Shown one piece after another: positions 54,006 through 63,761 of a DNA stretch of 64,000 bases (the first letter of the stretch is position 1; every line of letters starts with the position of its first letter). The stretch is from an uncultured Terriglobales bacterium. Lineage in GTDB: Bacteria > Acidobacteriota > Terriglobia > Terriglobales > Acidobacteriaceae. The notes beneath the pieces were generated by a model that saw only the letters and a list, made by a program, of their open reading frames with translations, made no database searches and was not told the origin of the DNA. The stretch is taken from positions 497-64,496 of the forward strand of contig CATPBJ010000100.1 in NCBI GenBank assembly GCA_955652395.1, written 5' to 3'. The position numbers and the translations under genes are program-made.

Positions 54006-55304
54006 CTATCTTTTGGGCTCGATCGCGATCAGACGATGGCGGGCCTGCCATTCCTGATCAGGAAAGTTCCCAGTCGCCGTCTCGAGGAAGCGATGGTAAT
54101 TCTCTGCTGCAGGCTTGTATTCACGCAAGTGGTCGTAAGCCGTGGCCCGCAAAAAGTAGCCAATGGGAAGCTCGGGCAGAAGTTTGGCGCGGGCATCCAG
54201 GGCCTTGATCACCAGTTCGTAGTTCTTGTTCTCGTTGGCGGCGGCGGCCAGATCGCCGTAGGCCGCACCCATGCCGGGTTTGAGTTGGATCGCAGCCAGC
54301 AATTCCTGCTGCGCGTCGGGAAACTTCCGTTGATTGAGCAAAACCCTGCCCAACCCGTAGCGCAAGTCGGGATCATTGGGCTTGGCCGCGAGCAGCGAGC
54401 GATACTGCGCTTCCGCCAAGTCGTACTTCTTGGCATTGGCATACAGGTCCGCCAAGTCGAGCTGCAGCGTTGGATCGGAGGGAGCCAGCTTCAGCGATTC
54501 CTGTAGTTCGGCCATGGCCGGATCGTTCTGCCCATCCGCGGCCAACATGCGGCCCAGTTGCATATGGGCTCCTGCGTCACTGGGATGGAACCGGACCAGC
54601 TTGCGCAGAATTTCCTCCGCCTCGGTGTAGCGATGGCCCCGCATGTAGATGTTGGCCAAGCCGGTGAGCGCGTCGGTGGATGAGGGATCAAGGGCGAAGG
54701 CTTGCTTGTACTCCTGTTCGGCGTCGGCAAAGCGGTTTTGACTCTCCAAGAGTGGTCCGGAAGAAAGGTGCGGTTCCGGGTCTTTCGGATCCAGTAGAGC
54801 AGCCTGCTTGTAGGCCACGATGGCCCCGTCAGGGTTGCTGCTCTCGAGCACGTGGCCCAGGGAGAGCCAGGCGCGCGCTTGCCCTTCCGCAACGTGCGAA
54901 GTGGGTTTCAGTTTTGTCGCTGCGCGGAGAAACTGTTCGGCGTCGGGCTGGTGCTCTTTCACCAGCATTAGGCCAAGATTCAGATTGGATTCGAACACGG
55001 CCGGTTTGGCGGCCACGGATTTACGGTAGGCGGCAATCGAGTCTTCGGTCTTGCCTAGAGCGTTGTAGAGAAATCCCAGGTCAAACCAGGCGGCGTAGTT
55101 GTCGGGATCCTGTTCGACAACTCTTTTTAGCAAAGGCTCCGCGGTGGAATAATCCTGCTTTTCGATCGCGCTTTCGGCCTGTACAAGTTCCGGCGGGGAG
55201 GAGGGATCGTCGACCGCAACTTTGTGATGGCGGACGGTCTTGCTGGAGCTTTGGGCTTGTGCGAGGCCGGTGGTCACCGCAAATGCCGTGACCGCCACGA
55301 TCAC
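54006..55304 (-). CDS. secreted tetratricopeptide-repeat (TPR) protein
   Basis: It carries about 10 TPR units (repeated A..Y......P....A...LG). The ORF extends to 55481, but that part overlaps uvrA and a GC hairpin. GTG 55304 (preceded by AAGGG) gives a signal-like N-terminus IVAVTAFAVTTGLAQA. The start is uncertain. Confidence 0.7.
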   Translation of the reverse strand: MIVAVTAFAVTTGLAQAQSSSKTVRHHKVAVDDPSSPPELVQAESAIEKQDYSTAEPLLKRVVEQDPDNYAAWFDLGFLYNALGKTEDSIAAYRKSVAAKPAVFESNLNLGLMLVKEHQPDAEQFLRAATKLKPTSHVAEGQARAWLSLGHVLESSNPDGAIVAYKQAALLDPKDPEPHLSSGPLLESQNRFADAEQEYKQAFALDPSSTDALTGLANIYMRGHRYTEAEEILRKLVRFHPSDAGAHMQLGRMLAADGQNDPAMAELQESLKLAPSDPTLQLDLADLYANAKKYDLAEAQYRSLLAAKPNDPDLRYGLGRVLLNQRKFPDAQQELLAAIQLKPGMGAAYGDLAAAANENKNYELVIKALDARAKLLPELPIGYFLRATAYDHLREYKPAAENYHRFLETATGNFPDQEWQARHRLIAIEPKR

Positions 55305-55406
55305 ACGTAGGCCCTTCTGTCCTCGTCTGGGCGGGCGAGCGCAGCTCGCCGATGTGGGGATCGCCTCAAATTGCGGCGTGCTCCCCAACTTTGCCGAGCT
55401 GCGCTC

Positions 55407-55436
55407 GGAGGGGCAGGTGAGGACACCTGCCCCTCC
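55407..55436. repeat. 13-bp-stem GC hairpin (REP-like, possible uvrA terminator or stabiliser)
   Basis: GGAGGGGCAGGTG-agga-CACCTGCCCCTCC lies 11 nt downstream of the uvrA stop on the minus strand. It has no U-tract. Confidence 0.55.
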
Positions 55437-55446
55437 GTGGGCGTTG

Positions 55447-58400
55447 CTACTTCCGGCCGTTGGTGGGAAATTCATTTCCATTCAACACTCGCGCCAGAAA
55501 CGTTCCGGTGTACGAATTGGGCAGCTTCGCGATAACCTCCGGCGGACCAGCGCCCACCACGTATCCGCCGCGTTCACCGCCTTCCGGGCCAAGGTCAATG
55601 ACCCAGTCTGCCGTCTTGATCACTTCCAGATTATGTTCGATAACCAGGATCGAGCCCCCTGCTTCAATTAGACGGCGGAAGGCAGAGAGTAGTTTGCTGA
55701 CATCGTCGAAATGGAGCCCGGTTGTGGGCTCGTCAAAAATATAAAGCATGCGATTACGGCGGCGGGTGGGTGCGGCTGAATTGGACGGACGGCCGATGTC
55801 CCGCGACGCAGGTTGCAGGTGAGCCGCCAGCTTCATGCGCTGCGCCTCGCCACCGGAGAGCGTGGTGGCGGATTGGCCCAGGCGCAGATAGCCCAGACCC
55901 ACTTCCTCCAGCACGCGCAGCTTCTCCACGACTTTGTGCACCCCGGAGAAGAAATGCAGCGCCTCTTTTACCGTAAGGTTCAGGACTTCGTGAATGTTCT
56001 TGCCGCGATATCGTACTTCCAGTACTTGTGGCTTGTAGCGTGCGCCCTTGCACTCCTCGCAGACCAGTTCGACGTCGGCTAGAAATTGCATTTCGACCGT
56101 GACGGTGCCGTCGCCCTGGCAGGTTTCGCAACGGCCTCCGGGAATGTTGAAAGAAAAATGCCCGGCGGTGAAGCCTCGCTTTTTGGACTCGGGCAGGGAG
56201 GCAAACAGGTCACGGATTCCATCAAAGGCTTTGATGTAGGTGACTGGATTCGAGCGCGGGGTTCGCCCGATCGGAGACTGGTCCACCAGGATAACGTCGT
56301 CGATGAGATCGTCGCCTTCCAGTTCACTCCAGTCGGGAGAAGGCAAAGGCTCGCCGTTGGTCTGTCTCTTGGCAGCGGACAAGGCCTGGAACAGCACATC
56401 GTGCAACAGCGTGGATTTGCCCGACCCGGACACGCCCGTGATGGCAACCAGCATTCCCAGGGGCACTGCAAAGTCGATATTTTTGAGGTTGTGCGCCCGC
56501 GCTCCGAAGATTTTGATTTGCCGCGAGCCCGGTTTGCGGCGCGCCGCGGGGAACTGGATCCGTAGTTCGCCGGAAAGGTAGCGTCCGGTGAGGGACCCAG
56601 GGGCCCTCAGTATTTCGTCGTAGCTTCCCACCGCGATCACCTGGCCGCCGCTCTCTCCCGCGCCCGGTCCAAGGTCGAGAATGCGATCCGAGGCGCGCAT
56701 GACGTCGGGATCGTGCTCGACCACCAGGATGGTGTTTCCCAGGTCACGCAGGTCGTGCAGAATCTTGATCAGGCGATGGGTGTCGCGGCTGTGCAATCCA
56801 ATGGAGGGCTCGTCCAGCACATACAACGTTCCTACCAGACGCGAGCCCAGCGACGTTGCCAGCTGAATGCGCTGGGCCTCGCCTCCCGAGAGAGTCGAAG
56901 CCAGACGGTCGAGCGTCAGATATTCCAGACCGACGTCAATCAGGAACTGCAAACGTTCGTGGATTTCCTCCAGCAGCTTGTCCGCAATGGCGGACTCCTG
57001 ATCGGTTAGTTTGGCCTCGGAGAAAAACTTCGAGGCCTCTTCGACCGTCATGCTGGTGATCTGGCAGATGTTCTTGCCGTTGATCTTGACCTGTTGCGCT
57101 TCTATGCGAAGCCGGGCGCCGCCGCAGGCCGAGCAGGTAGAGTAGCCGCGATATCGACTGAGGAAGACGCGCACGTGCAGCTTATATTTCTTGCGCTCGA
57201 GATGATTGAAAAAACCGCGTATGCCGAGAAACTTGGCCTCGCCCTCGACCACCATCCGACGCTGCTCGGGATCAAGCTCAGCCCAAGGGACATCGAGCGG
57301 GATGTTTGCTTGCTTGGCGAAGCGTTTGAGCTCGGCGAAGAGCGTCCGATATTTGGGCTTGGTCCAGGGATCGATTGCGCCTTCGTTAAAGGACTTCGAC
57401 TTGTCGGGAATTACCAGGTCGAGATCGAAGTCGATGGTGTTGCCGAAGCCCTGACAGCGCGGACAGGCGCCATACGGGTTATTGAAAGAGAACAGGCGTG
57501 GCTCGGGCTCCTCGTAACGCAGGTCGCAGTGTTTGCACTCAAAACGCTGGGAAAAACGGAGGCGTTGTGAGACTTGGTCGTCGCGTGCGGCTGTTTCGAA
57601 AATGACCTCGCCAGCCTCGCGATAGCTGATTTCAATGGCGTCTACGATCCGGGCACGGGCATCTGGGGAGACGACCAGACGGTCGACCAGCAGGAAGACC
57701 GGCTGGCTGAAATCAACGTCGAGCAGCGACTCTGGGGTGGAGAATTCGAAGATCTGGCCGTTCTGGTAGAGGCGATTGAAACCGCGCTGGCGGAGTTCGA
57801 ACAGGCGGGTGCGCAGTTGATCGGAAAGAGTCACGTCGGGATTGCTCTTGCGGCGCGGGCGAGCCTGCCCTGAGCCAAGCCGAAGGGACGCCCCGGCGAC
57901 CGCCGGCGGGACGCCAGCGCTACTGTTGGTGGTCCGTTTCGTGGCGCGCGGTTCTTCGTCCTTGGGGCTGCTTGGGGAAGCTCCGGCCTGTAACGGGAAT
58001 AGAGCGTTCGCGCGGGTGCCTTCGCCTAGAGCCTGCACGGCCGCGGTTACTTCGTCTACCGTGTCTTTCTTGACTTCCTGGCCGCACTGCAAGCAGGAAG
58101 TGCGGCCGACCCGGGCAAAGAGCAGCCTGAGATAGTCGTAAATCTCGGTGGCCGTACCTACCGTCGATCGGGGGTTGCGGGTGGTGTTTTTCTGGCGGAT
58201 GGCTACCGCCGGAGCGATGCCGTCGATCGAATCGGCATCCGGCTTCTCGATGCGCTCCAGAAACTGGCGCGCATAGGCGGAGAGCGACTCCACATAGCGT
58301 CGCTGACCTTCGGCGTAGATAGTGTCGAAAGCCAGGGACGACTTGCCGGAGCCGGACACGCCGGTGACGACCGTCAATGAATTATGCGGGATTTCGAAGT

Positions 58401-58458
58401 CCACGTTTTTGAGGTTGTGAACCCGGGCACCGCGAACCACTATCGTTTCCGTGGACAT
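55447..58458 (-). CDS. uvrA: excinuclease ABC subunit A
   Basis: 1003 aa with two ABC modules ([14 protein letters not shown]; [11 protein letters not shown]), zinc-finger Cys pairs and LSGGEAQR twice. It is longer than typical UvrA because of two low-complexity insertions. Confidence 0.95.
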   Translation of the reverse strand: MSTETIVVRGARVHNLKNVDFEIPHNSLTVVTGVSGSGKSSLAFDTIYAEGQRRYVESLSAYARQFLERIEKPDADSIDGIAPAVAIRQKNTTRNPRSTVGTATEIYDYLRLLFARVGRTSCLQCGQEVKKDTVDEVTAAVQALGEGTRANALFPLQAGASPSSPKDEEPRATKRTTNSSAGVPPAVAGASLRLGSGQARPRRKSNPDVTLSDQLRTRLFELRQRGFNRLYQNGQIFEFSTPESLLDVDFSQPVFLLVDRLVVSPDARARIVDAIEISYREAGEVIFETAARDDQVSQRLRFSQRFECKHCDLRYEEPEPRLFSFNNPYGACPRCQGFGNTIDFDLDLVIPDKSKSFNEGAIDPWTKPKYRTLFAELKRFAKQANIPLDVPWAELDPEQRRMVVEGEAKFLGIRGFFNHLERKKYKLHVRVFLSRYRGYSTCSACGGARLRIEAQQVKINGKNICQITSMTVEEASKFFSEAKLTDQESAIADKLLEEIHERLQFLIDVGLEYLTLDRLASTLSGGEAQRIQLATSLGSRLVGTLYVLDEPSIGLHSRDTHRLIKILHDLRDLGNTILVVEHDPDVMRASDRILDLGPGAGESGGQVIAVGSYDEILRAPGSLTGRYLSGELRIQFPAARRKPGSRQIKIFGARAHNLKNIDFAVPLGMLVAITGVSGSGKSTLLHDVLFQALSAAKRQTNGEPLPSPDWSELEGDDLIDDVILVDQSPIGRTPRSNPVTYIKAFDGIRDLFASLPESKKRGFTAGHFSFNIPGGRCETCQGDGTVTVEMQFLADVELVCEECKGARYKPQVLEVRYRGKNIHEVLNLTVKEALHFFSGVHKVVEKLRVLEEVGLGYLRLGQSATTLSGGEAQRMKLAAHLQPASRDIGRPSNSAAPTRRRNRMLYIFDEPTTGLHFDDVSKLLSAFRRLIEAGGSILVIEHNLEVIKTADWVIDLGPEGGERGGYVVGAGPPEVIAKLPNSYTGTFLARVLNGNEFPTNGRK

Positions 58459-58648
58459 CAGTTAAGAGGGACCCGTCACCGCCGCTTTGACCTCACCCTT
58501 CGGTGGGCGCTCAGAAAGCTCCAACCGGACTGGCGAATCTTTCTATTATAAAGCAGGGTGAGGTGATGCGGAGGCTTGCCGGGGGACCGAGCCGAGCTCC
58601 GCTCGGCCTGGACGGGTCGGAGACCCGTCCCCACATGGCTTGAGGTTG

Positions 58649-58885
58649 CTACTTCCTGACCTGTTCTTCGTCCCGCCTCTTGCCGTAGCGGAATGCGAAA
58701 CCTGCGCCCAGGGTCATGAACGCAACTGGAGGAAGCAGCAATACCAGCACGCCTCGGCTGATTGCGTTCTGGCCTTCTTTGCTGGTGCCCTTGGCATTGC
58801 TGTAGCACATGGCACAGCCCTGACTGAAGGCGGGCGCTGCCCACAACAGCAGAAATACCGCGAGCGTGCAAAGACGCAGCTTCAT
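58649..58885 (-). CDS. small membrane-anchored CxxC protein coupled to the cytochrome oxidase operon
   Basis: 78 aa. A signal peptide (cleavage after AFS) is followed by a short periplasmic QGCAMCYSNAKG..., one C-terminal TM and a basic tail. Its ATG overlaps the subunit IV stop (ATGA). Confidence 0.6.
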   Translation of the reverse strand: MKLRLCTLAVFLLLWAAPAFSQGCAMCYSNAKGTSKEGQNAISRGVLVLLLPPVAFMTLGAGFAFRYGKRRDEEQVRK

Positions 58886-59226
58886 TTCACTCCTACTCCC
58901 AGGTGCAGAATTCGAAATGCGTCAGGCAGAAAGACCAGCATCATGGCCAGGCAAAAGACCAGCGAACTCATGGTAACCCACTTCATGGCGGAGATCTCAA
59001 ACTTCAGGTGCATGAAGTAGCCGATGATGAGCCCGGCTTTTATGAGTGACAGCCCCATCAGAATCGACAACATCCGGACCGGTTCCATGTTCTGATAAGC
59101 CAGGTAAACCTCAATGCCGGTCATCAGCAGCAAAGCGGCCCAGACCCACAGGAATTGTCCCTTGGAATGATGCCGTTGTTCTTCGGCCGATCGCTGTTCC
59201 AACGCTAACTGGGTGGCGTCCATCAT
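58882..59226 (-). CDS. cytochrome c oxidase subunit IV (bacterial CoxD/CtaF type)
   Basis: 114 aa with three TMs. The GYFMHLKFE motif is typical of prokaryotic COX4. Confidence 0.8.
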   Translation of the reverse strand: MMDATQLALEQRSAEEQRHHSKGQFLWVWAALLLMTGIEVYLAYQNMEPVRMLSILMGLSLIKAGLIIGYFMHLKFEISAMKWVTMSSLVFCLAMMLVFLPDAFRILHLGVGVK

Positions 59227-59255
59227 TTGACGTAGAGCTCCTCAAAGTTTGTCGG

Positions 59256-60050
59256 CTACACAATCCTTGTCGACATCAGGTACACCAGCGGGAAAATGAA
59301 CATCCACACCAGATCTACGAAATGCCAGTAGAGACCGGCGACTTCAACATCCGAGGAATCGTATACCTTGGGCTTCAACCACAGAATGAGGGAGATCACC
59401 ACCGCCGCCACCAACAGTACGTCAGCGCCGTAGTGGAACGGACTGTAGCTGGGGGTGCCCAACCATGCCACCAGCCACAATCCCAGCAAAACCGGAATGA
59501 ACCATTTTCGCAAGGCAATCACCCCCAGGTAGACCACACCCAGGGTAACGTGCACCATGTGCATTCCAGTCAAGCCAAAGAAGGTGGCGGCAAATTGCGG
59601 CACACTTTTGGTGACATTCACAAACTCCGCACTGCCAGCCCCCCCGGGAGGAGTGGGGAAGACCGGCAAGGACAATCCTTCCGCGATGAGATTGGTCCAC
59701 TCGCGACCGTGAAGCACGACGAATCCCAGGCCGCACGCCATGGTGGCGAACAGCCATAGGCGCTGCGCTTTGGCGTTTCCCATCACCGCCGAGCGCACGG
59801 CAAACACCATGGTCAACGAACTGGTAAGCAGAAAAGCAGTCATGAGCGTCGCGTTCCGGATGCTCTCGGAATGAAACGGCGTAGGCCAGTTCGGCGTGGA
59901 GACGCGGCCGTAGGTATAGGCGTACAGCAGGGCACCGAACGTCAGCGAGTCGGAGAGCAGGAACAGCCACATCCCGATTTTCTTGGAATAGGTGCCAAAC
60001 AGGGAAGGCTCGTAAACGCCTGGCACTTGCTGCACCGCCAAATCAGACAT
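59256..60050 (-). CDS. cytochrome c oxidase subunit III
   Basis: 264 aa and multi-TM, with C-terminal YWHFVDLVWMFIFPLVYL typical of subunit III. Confidence 0.85.
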   Translation of the reverse strand: MSDLAVQQVPGVYEPSLFGTYSKKIGMWLFLLSDSLTFGALLYAYTYGRVSTPNWPTPFHSESIRNATLMTAFLLTSSLTMVFAVRSAVMGNAKAQRLWLFATMACGLGFVVLHGREWTNLIAEGLSLPVFPTPPGGAGSAEFVNVTKSVPQFAATFFGLTGMHMVHVTLGVVYLGVIALRKWFIPVLLGLWLVAWLGTPSYSPFHYGADVLLVAAVVISLILWLKPKVYDSSDVEVAGLYWHFVDLVWMFIFPLVYLMSTRIV

Positions 60051-60105
60051 GGGTTAATCTCCCGGGTCTTAATCGGTTCAAAATCTGTGCCTCGTCAAAT
60101 CGTGT

Positions 60106-60867
60106 CTAGCGCACAAATTCCAAAAGGGCAAAGATGTAAAGCCAAACCAAAGCCATGAAGTGCCAGTACCAGGCGGTCACGTCGACCACGATACGGCGAT
60201 CTTCCACCGGCTGGTGACGTAACGCAGTGCCCCCCGCATAGAGCAATACCAGCAAACCTCCCGCCAGGTGAATGGCGTGCGCCGCGGTGAGCACATAAAC
60301 CATGGAACTGCTGGGACTGGTTGCGAGGTAGAATCCACGATTCCCGAGCTCACGCCAAGCCATCCACTGTCCAGCCAGGAAGGACAGACCCAGCGCGACG
60401 GTGGTACCGAGCCAGGGGAAATTTCGTTCCTTCCCGATAGAAACTCCCGGTATGGATCGAACTGGGGCCAAAGCCGCCTGGCGAGTGATCTGCCGGCGCG
60501 CTAGCTCCACCGTAACGCTGCTGAGCAGCAGCAGGAAAGTGTTCACCAGGAGCAAGTTGGTCGGCAGATTGACCTGCAGCCAGTCGCGGACATAGCCGCC
60601 GGTGCGCTCGTCCAACGTGGGCAGCCCCCTGCGCATGATGTACACGCTGGTGAACGAAACAAACAGCATGGTGCTGGCGACCAGGCCGACGATCAGCCCC
60701 AGACGGGTACGACGCAAGCGCTCGCCAGGGTCGGAGGACCCATTACCGCCGCGATCACCACCACCACCGCCCGGGACAGGGGGACGCGTGCCGCCGCTGC
60801 CGCGGCCGGTCTTGGGATCCTTGACACCCGGATCCGTGATCGTGACTGTGGAACTGAGGGTTGCCAT
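60106..60867 (-). CDS. cytochrome c oxidase subunit III family protein (second copy, Gly-rich N-terminal extension)
   Basis: 253 aa with C-terminal WYWHFMALVWLYIFALL. The N-terminal roughly 60 aa are Gly/Pro-rich. Confidence 0.8.
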   Translation of the reverse strand: MATLSSTVTITDPGVKDPKTGRGSGGTRPPVPGGGGGDRGGNGSSDPGERLRRTRLGLIVGLVASTMLFVSFTSVYIMRRGLPTLDERTGGYVRDWLQVNLPTNLLLVNTFLLLLSSVTVELARRQITRQAALAPVRSIPGVSIGKERNFPWLGTTVALGLSFLAGQWMAWRELGNRGFYLATSPSSSMVYVLTAAHAIHLAGGLLVLLYAGGTALRHQPVEDRRIVVDVTAWYWHFMALVWLYIFALLEFVR

Positions 60868-60876
60868 GTGCCTTTT

Positions 60877-60970
60877 GTAGCGCCGCCGTCCCGGCGGCTG
60901 TCGCGTGGGCGTCTCGCCTGCGCTGGTGGGCAGGGATGCCTCCCGACAGCCGGCAGGATGCTGGCGCTAT
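60877..60970. repeat. GC-rich palindromic intercistronic element
   Basis: GTAGCGCCGCCGTCCCGGCGGCTGTCG (60877-60903) is an imperfect reverse complement of CGACAGCCGGCAGGATGCTGGCGCTAT (60944-60970). The element abuts the ctaD stop. Confidence 0.65.
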
Positions 60971-60971
60971 C

Positions 60972-62741
60972 TCAATGTGACGTCACCGTCGCCGGATCGT
61001 TCTGCATTACATAATCCTTCGGCGCTCCCGTAACGCTGTACTCATACGGTCCGTGATAGACCACTGGAGTGCGCCCGCCAAAGTTGTCATGCGGAGGCGG
61101 CGTCGCCGTAGTCCATTCCAGCGTGGTCGCTTCCCAAGGATTGTCGCTCGCCTTCGGCCCCTTGAACATGCTCCAGAAGAGATTGATCACAAAGATGAAC
61201 TGGGCGGCAATGGTCACGAATGCGGCATAGGTCATGAATCGGTTCAGCGGAATGAGGTGCTGCAGATAGGCAAGCTCGGTGAACTGGGAATAGCGCCGAG
61301 GCTGTCCCGCCATGCCCAGATAATGCATGGGCATGAAGATGGCATAGGTTCCCGCCAGCGTAAGGAAGAAGTGCACCCGACCCCACTTCTCGTTCATCAT
61401 GCGGCCAAACATTTTGGGGAACCAGTAATACGTTGCGGCAAACATGCCGAAGATCGCCGCCACGCCCATGATCAGATGGAAGTGTCCAACTACGAACGCG
61501 GTGTCGTGCAGAGGAATATCGAGCACCGGCTGAGCCAGGAACGGGCCGCTCAGCCCGCCGGACACGAACAGGGAAACAAACCCGATGGCGTAGAGCATTG
61601 GAGTCTGAAAACGTACCCGCCCCCCGCGAATTGTCCCCAGCCAGTTAAAGGTCTTGATCGCCGAGGGTACGCCAATGGCCATGGTCATGATGGAAAAGGC
61701 AAACGCCGAGTACGGACTCATACCGCTCATAAACATGTGATGGCCCCAGACCATGAATCCGAGAAAGCCAATGCCCATGAGGGCGTAAACCATCGCCTTG
61801 TATCCGAAGATCGGCTTGCGGGAGAACGTGGAGAGCAACTGTGAAGCCACACCCATGCCCGGCAGGATCGCAATGTACACCTCAGGATGTCCGAAAAACC
61901 AGAATAGGTGTTGCCAGAGCAGCGGCGAGCCGCCCTTGTGTCCCATGATCTGGCCATTCACTACCACCAGCGGAACGTAGAAGCTGGTGCCAAGATTGCG
62001 ATCGAGGAGCAACAGAATTCCTGCCGAAAGCAGAACGCCAAAGGCCAGCAGACCCAGGATGGCAGTGATGAACCAGGCCCAGACAGTCAGCGGCATTCGC
62101 ATCATGGTCATGCCCTTGGCGCGCAGATCCAGCACGGTCGTGATGAAGTTCAGAGCGCCCATCAGCGACGCGACACAGAATATCGCAATGCTGGTGATCC
62201 ACAAATCCGCGCCCAGCTGCTCGCCGGGGCCGGCGCTCTGCAACGCGCTGAGCGGCGCATAGCCTGTCCAGCCGTGCAGCGGAGCGCCGCCGGTCACGAA
62301 GAAGGCAGCGAGAATCACCATGAACGCGATGAACGTGGTCCAGAACGAAAGCATGTTCAAGACTGGAAACGCCATGTCCGGCGCGCCAATCTGGATGGGC
62401 AGAAAGTAATTCCCGAATCCGCCCTGGGGCGCCGTGGTCAGCACGAAAAACACCATGATGGTGCCGTGCATGGTCAGCAGGCTGAGGTAGGTTTCCGGCT
62501 TGATTTCGCCAATCAGCGGCAGATTCGCGGTCGGCCAAATCATGTGGATACGCATCAGCAGCGAAAGGAACATGCCGACAAACACTGCCGCGAGCGCCAG
62601 AAAGTAATATTGGAGCCCGATGACTTTGTGATCCAGACTGAAGATGTACTTACGAATGAAGCTGGTCGGGGCCGCGTGAGCGTGGATTGCGTGTGCGTGC
62701 GGGTCGTTTCCGTGCGGGTCGTGAGCGTCCTGGGCAACCAT
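60972..62741 (-). CDS. ctaD: cytochrome c oxidase subunit I
   Basis: 589 aa from the ATG at 62741, which overlaps the subunit II stop as TAATG. Heme-copper motifs are WFFGHPEVYI, GHHMF and HFHLIM. Confidence 0.95.
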   Translation of the reverse strand: MVAQDAHDPHGNDPHAHAIHAHAAPTSFIRKYIFSLDHKVIGLQYYFLALAAVFVGMFLSLLMRIHMIWPTANLPLIGEIKPETYLSLLTMHGTIMVFFVLTTAPQGGFGNYFLPIQIGAPDMAFPVLNMLSFWTTFIAFMVILAAFFVTGGAPLHGWTGYAPLSALQSAGPGEQLGADLWITSIAIFCVASLMGALNFITTVLDLRAKGMTMMRMPLTVWAWFITAILGLLAFGVLLSAGILLLLDRNLGTSFYVPLVVVNGQIMGHKGGSPLLWQHLFWFFGHPEVYIAILPGMGVASQLLSTFSRKPIFGYKAMVYALMGIGFLGFMVWGHHMFMSGMSPYSAFAFSIMTMAIGVPSAIKTFNWLGTIRGGRVRFQTPMLYAIGFVSLFVSGGLSGPFLAQPVLDIPLHDTAFVVGHFHLIMGVAAIFGMFAATYYWFPKMFGRMMNEKWGRVHFFLTLAGTYAIFMPMHYLGMAGQPRRYSQFTELAYLQHLIPLNRFMTYAAFVTIAAQFIFVINLFWSMFKGPKASDNPWEATTLEWTTATPPPHDNFGGRTPVVYHGPYEYSVTGAPKDYVMQNDPATVTSH

Positions 62742-63547
62742 TATTGTTTCTCCGCCTCTCGAGCTGCCAGCCATTTGTCAAAATCTTCCTGGCTGACGAC
62801 CTTCAGCATGCCGTGCATTTTGTAATGGCCGAGACCGCAAAGCTCGGCGCAGGCAATTTCGTAGTCCCCGACTTCGGTGGGAGTGAAGTGCATGCGGATC
62901 TCCAGACCGGGGACGGCGTCCTGCTTAAAGCGCATGTTCGGAACAAAGAAGCTGTGGATCACATCCACGGCGCGCAGCCTGAGGTCCACCTGCCGATTCA
63001 CGGGCAGATACATGGTACCCGTGACCACGTCGTCTTTCGCCGCCGGATCGGACGTATCGAGACCGACCGCAGCTTCGTTGCCAGCGGAGGGATCCATCAA
63101 CTTAGGACTGGTGGCGCCAAACTTGCCGTCTGCACCGGGGTAGCGGAAGTACCAGGCAAACTGCATGCCCGTCACTTCTACCGGAACAGACCCGGATTCC
63201 GCCGGCGCAAAGCGCTCGCGAGCCCAAACATTGCTGCCCATGAGGTTCAGTCCGACAAAAAGAACGGCGGTGAGCACCGTCCACACCACTTCCAGCTTGA
63301 CGTTGCCGTGGGAGTACTCGACCTTCTTCGCGTCCGCCCGGTCGCGGTACTGCCACACGAATAGTCCCAGGGCGCCCTGCGCCGCTACAAACACGACTCC
63401 CATCAGCACATAAGTCAGGGCGAACTGATTGTCGATAAAAGCGGCTGCAGTGGAGGCGCCGTGAGGCAACCACCAGGTTTTGGCCACGAAGAAGTAGGTG
63501 CTAAAGAAGGTGATCAGCCAGATAATCGCGAGCAGAGCGAGGCCCAT
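62741..63547 (-). CDS. coxB: cytochrome c oxidase subunit II (no fused cytochrome c domain)
   Basis: 268 aa. Two N-terminal TMs are followed by a CuA site (HSFFVP ... CAELCGLGHYKMHG). There is no CxxCH motif. Confidence 0.92.
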   Translation of the reverse strand: MGLALLAIIWLITFFSTYFFVAKTWWLPHGASTAAAFIDNQFALTYVLMGVVFVAAQGALGLFVWQYRDRADAKKVEYSHGNVKLEVVWTVLTAVLFVGLNLMGSNVWARERFAPAESGSVPVEVTGMQFAWYFRYPGADGKFGATSPKLMDPSAGNEAAVGLDTSDPAAKDDVVTGTMYLPVNRQVDLRLRAVDVIHSFFVPNMRFKQDAVPGLEIRMHFTPTEVGDYEIACAELCGLGHYKMHGMLKVVSQEDFDKWLAAREAEKQ

Positions 63548-63761
63548 CTACCAGACCTCCTAAAGGTCATGGAATTCGGACAACGATTCGGGTGAATCAA
63601 AAACACATCTGCGGATCGCCGGGAAGTCTATCACAGCTACGTGTGATGGACGCAAGACTTCGCGCCAAAGAAGATAATCACGAAGGGCAGAAGCATGGGC
63701 CCTGCAGCACGGGTGGGACGCCCGCGCCTACATTACGCGGACGGTATAAAATTTCTCGCTT

